Of a stretch of DNA of 32,000 nucleotides, positions 25,646-32,000 are shown in pieces. Under the pieces are notes generated by a model, which did no database searches, was not told the DNA's origin, and worked only from the letters and a program-made list of their open reading frames with translations. The stretch is taken from the NCBI RefSeq assembly GCF_054903095.1, contig NZ_CM142801.1, one strand, 5' to 3'. Position 1 is the first letter of the stretch. The number at the start of each line of letters is the position of its first letter. The position numbers and the translations under genes were made by a program.

Positions 25646-26014
25646 TTAATTTTTCATTTCGGGCGTCGGATAAACAGCCAGATAAACGTAACCACAGGAG
25701 CCGAGGGTGTCGGCTTCGCAGGTCAGCCCTTTCGCATACAGTGTGACGGTATGCTGATGGCGGGGATTCAGTTCACCGCTGGTGAGCATGAGTTCCAGTT
25801 GTTTCATCAGCAGCGGAAAGGCCTGGTCCAGGTGGTATGCATCCGCGTCGCTGAACCGGCCTCTGATACCGGCACGGTCGGCAAGGTAATGCAACCGGTT
25901 ACCCTCCTGCACCAGACGTGCCCCGAAACAGGGCGTCACGGTGCAGGGCAGCCCCCACCAGGGGCGGTCGTGATTGTCGTCGGGATGCGTTGTCCCGGGC
26001 AGTGTGTCTGACAC
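25646..26014 (-). CDS. cbeA: CbeA/YeeU family antitoxin
   Basis: 122 aa from a GTG start (VSDTLPGTTHPDDNHDRPWWGLPCTVTPCFGARLVQEGNRLHYLADRAGIRG...). The track ORF start at 26074 is probably too long. Confidence 0.93.
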   Translation of the reverse strand: MSDTLPGTTHPDDNHDRPWWGLPCTVTPCFGARLVQEGNRLHYLADRAGIRGRFSDADAYHLDQAFPLLMKQLELMLTSGELNPRHQHTVTLYAKGLTCEADTLGSCGYVYLAVYPTPEMKN

Positions 26015-26092
26015 GATAAAGTCCTCACAGAAATCAGTTAAGAATGGTTCGATGGTGGCGATAATTCGGCTCATCAGAATGCCCTTCCTGGC

Positions 26093-26314
26093 TCAGTTCA
26101 GGGTGACGCTCATCAGCCGGACATACGGGCCAAAACTGTCTTTACGGCGTTCTGCAAATACAGCCAGCACACCGGGAATATCCTGCACTTCACGACCGGT
26201 ATACGCTTCAGTGCTGCCGTGCCAGCGGTATTTGCCGGTACAGAACGGAAAAAGACGGGATGCCGGATGTTGTTGGTGAATACGCATGGCTTCACCACGG
26301 GTGATGATTTTCAT
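26093..26314 (-). CDS. yeeT: DUF987 / YeeT-like protein
   Basis: 73 aa: MKIITRGEAMRIHQQHPASRLFPFCTGKYRWHGSTEAYTGREVQDIPGVLAVFAERRKDSFGPYVRLMSVTLN, directly upstream of cbeA. Confidence 0.85.
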   Translation of the reverse strand: MKIITRGEAMRIHQQHPASRLFPFCTGKYRWHGSTEAYTGREVQDIPGVLAVFAERRKDSFGPYVRLMSVTLN

Positions 26315-26382
26315 GGTGTGATACCTCTGAAGACAGAAGATAAAAGCGAAAACAGGTGTGATGTGGTTGTGACGGTGACGGG

Positions 26383-26859
26383 TTAAAGCAGACCGTGTTC
26401 GGCAAAGGAGAAAACCTGGCTGCCACCGACTATCAGATGGTCCGGCACCCGGATATCCACCAGGCCCAGTGCCTGTACCAGACGTTCCGTGATAAGGCGG
26501 TCTGCCTTGCTGGGTGTGACTTCACCGGACGGGTGATTGTGCGCCAGCACCACGGCAGCAGCATTGTGGTACAGGGCGCGTTTAATCACTTCCCGGGGAT
26601 GAACTTCCGTACGGTTGATGGTGCCGGTGAAGAGGGTTTCACCGGCAATCAGCTTATTCTGGTTGTTCAGATACAGCACCCGGAATTCTTCACGCTCCAG
26701 TCCAGCCATGTTCAGAATCAGCCATTCCCGGGCCGCACGGGTGGAGGTGAAGGCCACGCCGGGTTCATGAAGATGGCGGTCCAGGGTTTTCAGGGCCCGC
26801 TGAATGAGGCTGCGCTCGCCGGGCGTCATCGCGCCGGGCAGAAAGGAAAGTTGTTGCAT
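26383..26859 (-). CDS. RadC-like JAB-domain protein (YeeS/YfjY/YkfG family)
   Basis: 158 aa with NPSGEVTPSKADRLITERLVQALGLVDIRVPDHLIVGG and metal-binding motif HNHPSG. Confidence 0.92.
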   Translation of the reverse strand: MQQLSFLPGAMTPGERSLIQRALKTLDRHLHEPGVAFTSTRAAREWLILNMAGLEREEFRVLYLNNQNKLIAGETLFTGTINRTEVHPREVIKRALYHNAAAVVLAHNHPSGEVTPSKADRLITERLVQALGLVDIRVPDHLIVGGSQVFSFAEHGLL

Positions 26860-26874
26860 TGTTCCGGCCCCCTT

Positions 26875-27348
26875 TCAGTCAATGATGCGCATAATGGCGC
26901 TGCATTCCGGATGCTGCAGGGCGTAGTCCCGCAGACGGTAATAATGAACCGTCATGGCATAACACTCCGTGCGACAGGCATGATGACTGTACGTCATCAG
27001 ACAGGCAGCAATGCCGGCGGCTTCCGGGCTCATTTCAGCGCGGTTGCCGTTCATGGCGTTAAACAGCACCCATGTTTCGTCATCATCGTCATCCGGTTCA
27101 GGGGCCATAAATGCCCCGCCGTTGTTCAGGGTGTACAGATTCCAGATGCCCCCGCAGTAGTCTTCGCACAGACGGTCCATCCAGCTGAAGACACGGGGCT
27201 CCAGGGTCACCCACTGTGGAATGAGGCTAAAATGCTGCGGCCAGAAGCTGATGCGCTGTTCATCAGGGACTATGGTGGCAACCAGTTGTTGCAGGCCAGT
27301 CTCCGGTGCACAGGCTGAAGAGGTGGTGTTCTGAGACAATGTTTTCAT
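26875..27348 (-). CDS. Antirestriction protein, ArdB/KlcA family (YfjX/YafX-like)
   Basis: 157 aa from MKTLSQNTTSSA: ATIVPDEQRISFWPQHF..EPRVFSWMDRLCEDYCGGIWNLYTLNNGGAFMAPEPDDDDETWVLFNAMNGNRAEMSPEAAGIAACLMTYSHHA. Confidence 0.9.
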   Translation of the reverse strand: MKTLSQNTTSSACAPETGLQQLVATIVPDEQRISFWPQHFSLIPQWVTLEPRVFSWMDRLCEDYCGGIWNLYTLNNGGAFMAPEPDDDDDETWVLFNAMNGNRAEMSPEAAGIAACLMTYSHHACRTECYAMTVHYYRLRDYALQHPECSAIMRIID

Positions 27349-27441
27349 GTGTGAAATCCTTGTAATGTGAATAAATGAGAGGAAATAAAGGCCGGGGGCT
27401 GACAACATCACGTTCATCACTGACCGTGAGACCCGGCAATA

Positions 27442-27687
27442 TCAGGGATGAATGATATTCGGCTGAAATTCCGGACAGCCGTACGCGTAACCGTTCCGGT
27501 CACAGACGGATGGCCAGATGCCATTGCCTGTACTCAGTCTGCACAGACTGAGTTCTCCGGGACGGTAAAGCAGACGGGTACACCAGGCGCACAGGTCATC
27601 ATCAGAAATGGAACGACACCCCGGCAGCGCTTCCGGGGCGTCGGGTGATTCTGGTGCCTGAATCACGCCTTCAGGGATATGTTTCAT
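27442..27687 (-). CDS. Uncharacterised small protein (81 aa), translationally coupled to the DUF932 gene
   Basis: MKHIPEGVIQAPESPDAPEALPGCRSISDDDLCAWCTRLLYRPGELSLCRL...; its ATG overlaps the DUF932 stop by 1 nt (TGATG at 27685-27689). Confidence 0.6.
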   Translation of the reverse strand: MKHIPEGVIQAPESPDAPEALPGCRSISDDDLCAWCTRLLYRPGELSLCRLSTGNGIWPSVCDRNGYAYGCPEFQPNIIHP

Positions 27688-28508
27688 CAGCGCATGCTCT
27701 CCAGCAGCGTTTCTGCCATCACCCACAATGCGCGGTTGAGCTTAATATCGGTGTCGATGCTGTGAATGGCACGGGTGTGGATACGTTTTCCTTTTGCACT
27801 GCGACCGGAAATCCCGCCTTTCAGCATATTCTCCTGGATGGTCTGATAAGCACTCCACAGGTCCTTACCGTAATCCTCCCGGCGTCGCGGTGTCAGAATG
27901 TCGGCGGTAGTGACGGGCTGATGTTCGTCACCATAACGGTAAGTCAGTGCCGCCTGTGCCAGCGCCTGGCGTGCCGGTGGCGGCAGGACCAGCGACTGCA
28001 TGGCATCACGCTTCTCCTCTATCCGGTCAAACACGCCCACCACCTCGTAAGCCCCTTCAATGACTCTGTCCACCACATTTCCCCGGTGCGGAACACGCAC
28101 TTCCCCCAGAGACTGACCACAGACGCATCCGTTCTGGCAGACGAACCTGAAGTAACCCGGCAGCATCTGGTAGCTGGAGGTACCGTCATGGGAGTTGAGC
28201 AGAATAATTTCAGGGACATGTTCTCCGTTTATCTCTCCGGCCCGCCGCAGACGCAGCATGTGTTTTGTGTATCCCCGGCGGCCCGGGTCGCGCACACGGG
28301 TCTGGCAGGCGAAGAATGGCTGGAAGCCTTCCCGCTGCAGACTTTCCAGCACAGTGATGGTGGGGATGTACGTATAGTTCTGGCTTCGGGACGTGTGTTT
28401 CTCTTCCCCGAAAATTCCCGGCACATGGTGCATCAGCTCTTCATATGTCAGCGGACGGTCACGGCGTATCTGGTTTGCAGCATAACCAAAACGACTTGCT
28501 AATCGCAT
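27687..28508 (-). CDS. DUF932 domain protein (YfjQ/YafZ-like)
   Basis: 273 aa: MRLASRFGYAANQIRRDRPLTYEELMHHVPGIFGEEKHTSRSQNYTYIPTITVLESLQREGFQPFFACQTRVRDPGRRGYTKHMLRLR... Confidence 0.9.
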   Translation of the reverse strand: MRLASRFGYAANQIRRDRPLTYEELMHHVPGIFGEEKHTSRSQNYTYIPTITVLESLQREGFQPFFACQTRVRDPGRRGYTKHMLRLRRAGEINGEHVPEIILLNSHDGTSSYQMLPGYFRFVCQNGCVCGQSLGEVRVPHRGNVVDRVIEGAYEVVGVFDRIEEKRDAMQSLVLPPPARQALAQAALTYRYGDEHQPVTTADILTPRRREDYGKDLWSAYQTIQENMLKGGISGRSAKGKRIHTRAIHSIDTDIKLNRALWVMAETLLESMR

Positions 28509-28553
28509 AATTTGCTCCTTATCGGTGGTTAAGATTTACTGGTGTAATAAATG

Positions 28554-28585
28554 AAAAAAGCCGCGTCTCCCGGAGAAGACGCGGC
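28554..28585 (-). terminator. Rho-independent terminator for minus-strand transcription, between the DUF905 remnant and DUF932
   Basis: Minus strand: GCCGCGTCT-tctccggg-AGACGCGGC followed by TTTTTT. Confidence 0.85.
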
Positions 28586-28608
28586 CTGATGGACGAAATT
28601 CATGAGGT

Positions 28609-28844
28609 TTATTGTCTGAGAAGCCCTCCACTGGCGAGCCACGCATTAAGCTGTTTTCCGGCATCAGCTTCAGAGTTCCGGCCGCGTCAGCGTCGCTGAC
28701 CTTCCGCGTTGCGGATAACCCGACGGAAATGCATTCCCGGGTCATCCTGGATAAACACATTGCGGTAAGCGGTTATGACAGCAACCGCCTGCCCGTATGA
28801 GAAAGATCCTTCAGCCAGGACATACTCTGTGTGTAACCCGGCAT
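28609..28844 (-). pseudogene. DUF905 family gene, disrupted
   Basis: Minus-strand reading frame [68 protein letters not shown], with an internal TGA at 28687-28689 where the family pattern expects Trp. The plausible RBS+ATG (AGGAGaaaccagatATG, ATG at 28842-28844) is in a different frame. Confidence 0.65.
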
Positions 28845-28918
28845 ATCTGGTTTCTCCTGATAAATAGCCTCTGCCACAACGTATGGCAGAGGCTGAAGCA
28901 TGAAACTGACTTCAGGGA

Positions 28919-29374
28919 TCAGTTAACATTTTTTCCGGAAACGGTAATCAGCAGTGGATGGTAGTCCAGGGGATCGAAAACCGATAACGGCAGACTGACA
29001 CGATGGCCGTTACTTTCTTCAGTTGCTTTAATGATTTCGGTTGTGGCGACATTTTCCACGCACTCCGTTTCCAGAAATGCGTCTGTGGTTCGCGTGGCAT
29101 TACTGTCACCAAAGGCTTCCGTTTCCATTTTTCTGGTCACCAGCGTCTGACCATATTTGTCTTTGAGTTGCAGAGTGATGGTGAGGGGGCCAAATCCTTC
29201 ATCGTTTCCGCCATTATCCAGCCGGAACTGGTAGGCACAAATATTTCCCGGGAGCCATATCGTATCTGTATTGCGTATACTGATGTAACGTTGATCCTGT
29301 GCCCGGAGTGGGGCAGACCACGTTAACCCCAGAATGAAGGCGGTAATCATGCAGGTTTTGAACAGGTGAATCAT
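28919..29374 (-). CDS. irmA: IrmA, small secreted protein described as an interleukin receptor mimic
   Basis: 151 aa, signal peptide MIHLFKTCMITAFILGLTWSAPLRAQ; QDQRYISIRNTDTIWLPGNICAYQFRLDNGGNDEGFGPLTITLQLKDKYGQTL as remembered for IrmA; usual Ag43-island neighbourhood. Confidence 0.85.
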   Translation of the reverse strand: MIHLFKTCMITAFILGLTWSAPLRAQDQRYISIRNTDTIWLPGNICAYQFRLDNGGNDEGFGPLTITLQLKDKYGQTLVTRKMETEAFGDSNATRTTDAFLETECVENVATTEIIKATEESNGHRVSLPLSVFDPLDYHPLLITVSGKNVN

Positions 29375-29449
29375 GGTATTTACCTCTCTGAGTCATGACG
29401 ATGACACTGACAAATCAGGTGATAAAACGTAAAAGGCGCAGAATAGCCG

Positions 29450-31972
29450 TTATGCCGGTAACTCCGGGGGTAATGCTTCTTCCAGTCGGTTAACCATCTT
29501 GCCGAGATGGGATGCATCATATTCCATGACGGGGCGTTGCCTGATGATACTGACCACCAGTGGTTTGATTAACATATTGGTCGCGGCCCGTTGTTGTATA
29601 CCGGCGGCGAAAATGATCTCCAGAGCATTCTGATCGATAACACGGGCCAGATTTGCGTTCAGATTTTCAATCTCATGTCCGGTCAGCAGGAAACTGCCGG
29701 CAAGCCATGTCACCTGCTCCTGAATCATTGCCAGAATTTTGACGCGATCTTCTTCAACCAGCGCTCCGGCAATTTTTCCTGATACAGCGGAGGCAATCAT
29801 TCCCCCCAGAACACCGCCAACCACACGCCCTGTCAGTGCACCAAATGGTCCCAGTGGACTGAACAATATCCCGCCCGCCACTGACCCGACAGCACCACCT
29901 GCCACACCGGAAGATGCCACGGCAAGATTCCTGATGAACTGCGCACCGGAGATCCGTCCCCGCAACATTTTGATCATGTCAGGGCCGGTTGTGACAGCGA
30001 CCAGTGCCAGAGATGTCACCAGCGTACCCTTCATCACTTTGTTCAGGGCACTGATATTTCCTGCACCGGTCCCCTTCTGAAGCGCCTGCCGGACAGTCGG
30101 GCTGGCCGTCGAAAAATCAATATGCTTCAGCATACCCTGAACAACAGTGAGCCGGTGAAGTTGCTGGGTTGTGACGTAGACAGCCAGTGTGCGGGTGAAG
30201 GTTTTTCCTGCCTGGACAGCAGCTGTCTGCAGGGCAGCATCGCGATCGCCGGTGCTGAGCCAGAAGACCGATGCCGTCAGGGCAAAACTGATCCCTCCGG
30301 CCGCCAGACTGACAACCGACCCCTCGGCAATATCATAAGTGACCGATTCGATGGTCCCGAACCGGGTGATATTACGGGCCTGGGTATAAGTCAGATGTCC
30401 CCGACGAATCAGCCGGGACGCTTCTGCGGGATCGGTTACACCGGGTACTTTACCTTCGCGGATCTTATTCTTCATGGTTTCCACAGCGCCGGCATACTGA
30501 TCACGGGGGACTTCCAGTTGCATGGGACCATGATTTCCCATGTAACGATACTGTCCGTTTTGTCCGTCGAATGCCGCACCGACGCTACGGGCTGCAGTTG
30601 AACAATATTTCGTCTGGATTTCTGTTCCGCTGACCAGTCTGTCTGCTCCATTTCTGGCATTATTATCACCGAGGATCCGTGCGTTTTTCAGACGGACTCT
30701 GTCGACAATATGGTTTCCCCGTTCAGCGGCAAACCCATGTCCCTGCCCTCCGGAAGCAAACATTTTCTCATTTGTACTCCAGGTTTCCGGCAGTTTCATG
30801 AGAATCAGACCATTCGCCGTTGCATCGGAAATAAAACCGGTGTAAGAACGTTCATAAATGTCCTGACACAGTGTTTCTGTTTCGCGACAAAGAGAGGAGC
30901 AGTACCATTCCGGATCCGGCTTATGATTTTCCGGGGCATGATGTACTTCTGTCAGCCCGCAGGAGGCACAGATACGAAGCTCATCCACGTGGTGGAATGA
31001 TACAAAACGGCGGCCTTCTGAAAAGGGGTACCAGTCACCGCCGTCCAGGCAACGATCGAGAAAATCGTCATTCGCTTCCGGTGATAAATTCAGGCGGTTC
31101 CGGAAGAGGGTTTTCAGTTCATCAGGGGTAAATGACAGGCTCTCTCTCAGCTTTTCGTTGAAACCCGCCATGTTTCTTTCATACCAGGCATTGTCCAGTA
31201 GCCAGTTTCCGTCTGCCAGTTCAAATTCCCTCAGTTCTCCCCGGGAAATCCGTTGTGAAATGAGTGTCAGCCAGATGCGCTCCGTCAGCGTTTCAGGAAG
31301 GCTGTAATCGTTTTGCAAACTGCTCAGCCACGATTTACTGTTGAGCACCGGTTGTTCTTCCAGTGTCTGGCGGATGGCACTGGTCAGTCTTTTCAGCGCC
31401 TGGATCTGGCTGGCCGCCCATAGCAGCGTCACTAATGCAGCCAGCCAGTACAACAACCCGCCCCACCACATCAGTGAGGGTGAAATATCGAACTGCAATG
31501 CGATCAATGGTGCGTATGCAGAACACGCCATAAGGAAAAAAGCAGTATAAAAACAGCAGTAATACCCGTTAATTTCCTTGCTGATATCTTCAGGTGTGAG
31601 CCCGTTCTGCTGAATGCTTCTTATCTGCACGGGAAGAGCCAGCAGACCAGCGGCGAGAGCGGTGGTCAGAATAAATTTTACAGAGTCAAAAGTATGAGCC
31701 TCCAGTGCGATATGTTTACCATCAAGTCCCCACATGAAGCTGATGATCATTCCGGCAATCGTCAGAAATACGCCTGCCAGCCAGCGAATATGGAATAACC
31801 GGGTTATGCGTTCAGTGATATAGCCAGCCAGTAAAGCCGGGCCGAACAGACACAGCAATACGAATCCTGCCAGCGCAGACGCCGTGCTGGTTAATGCTCT
31901 GAACAAAAGGCGAAGAATGGCAAATCCTGCGATCAGCAGGATCAGCGCGCCGACTATCTGTAACATAGTCAC
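29450..31972 (-). CDS. yeeR: YeeR-like large inner membrane protein (840 aa), unknown function
   Basis: Several N-terminal hydrophobic segments (aa 1-190), Cys4 knuckle, GNHIVDRV..GADRLVSGTEIQTKYC motif, then a Gly-rich hydrophobic segment. Neighbourhood order matches yeeR-yeeS-yeeT-cbeA-cbtA-yeeW of CP4-44, with extra genes inserted. Confidence 0.7.
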   Translation of the reverse strand: MTMLQIVGALILLIAGFAILRLLFRALTSTASALAGFVLLCLFGPALLAGYITERITRLFHIRWLAGVFLTIAGMIISFMWGLDGKHIALEAHTFDSVKFILTTALAAGLLALPVQIRSIQQNGLTPEDISKEINGYYCCFYTAFFLMACSAYAPLIALQFDISPSLMWWGGLLYWLAALVTLLWAASQIQALKRLTSAIRQTLEEQPVLNSKSWLSSLQNDYSLPETLTERIWLTLISQRISRGELREFELADGNWLLDNAWYERNMAGFNEKLRESLSFTPDELKTLFRNRLNLSPEANDDFLDRCLDGGDWYPFSEGRRFVSFHHVDELRICASCGLTEVHHAPENHKPDPEWYCSSLCRETETLCQDIYERSYTGFISDATANGLILMKLPETWSTNEKMFASGGQGHGFAAERGNHIVDRVRLKNARILGDNNARNGADRLVSGTEIQTKYCSTAARSVGAAFDGQNGQYRYMGNHGPMQLEVPRDQYAGAVETMKNKIREGKVPGVTDPAEASRLIRRGHLTYTQARNITRFGTIESVTYDIAEGSVVSLAAGGISFALTASVFWLSTGDRDAALQTAAVQAGKTFTRTLAVYVTTQQLHRLTVVQGMLKHIDFSTASPTVRQALQKGTGAGNISALNKVMKGTLVTSLALVAVTTGPDMIKMLRGRISGAQFIRNLAVASSGVAGGAVGSVAGGILFSPLGPFGALTGRVVGGVLGGMIASAVSGKIAGALVEEDRVKILAMIQEQVTWLAGSFLLTGHEIENLNANLARVIDQNALEIIFAAGIQQRAATNMLIKPLVVSIIRQRPVMEYDASHLGKMVNRLEEALPPELPA

Positions 31973-32000
31973 TCCGTGATGAATATCATGTTATTGTGAA

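Noticed and set aside
26395-28502. Long plus-strand ORFs 26395..27318 (307 aa) and 27645..28502 (285 aa)
   Set aside because: They are complementary to RadC/ArdB and DUF932 coding sequence, whose minus-strand translations match known families.
29739-31550. Plus-strand ORFs over the YeeR-like gene (29739..30080, 30122..30601, 30710..31000 and others)
   Set aside because: Overlapped by one uninterrupted 840-aa ORF on the opposite strand. Shadow frames.

Overview
Enterobacterial (E. coli-type) chromosomal window, read by eye. It holds a native backbone block, yicS-nlpA-yicL-setC (about 19218-22761), flanked by two accessory regions. LEFT (1-about 19100): the 3' part of a giant inverse autotransporter / bacterial Ig-like repeat adhesin (Air/EaeX type), containing a tandem array of 25 in-phase 291-bp (97-aa) units. 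Next come a HilA-like regulator (eilA) and an orphan type III secretion translocator operon: eicA chaperone, a 60-aa unexplained ORF, then eipB, eipC and eipD. No secretion apparatus genes are visible. RIGHT (about 22800-32000): a RhuM-family remnant, then one end of a CP4/Ag43-type genomic island. That island carries DUF4942, DUF957, DUF5983 (YeeW-like), the cbtA/cbeA toxin-antitoxin pair, yeeT-like, a RadC-like protein, an ArdB/KlcA-like antirestriction protein, a 94-aa ORF, DUF932, a broken DUF905 gene, irmA, and an 840-aa YeeR-like membrane protein. Most promising leads: (i) the YeeR-like protein, with membrane segments, a Cys4 knuckle, a possible nuclease-like motif and a Gly-zipper segment; (ii) the small ORF inside the translocator operon; (iii) the mosaic structure of the Ig array, with near-identical blocks 18 units apart. 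Most of the operon/island content belongs to known families. I did not find a clearly new multi-gene system. All family names come from remembered sequence patterns, not a database search.
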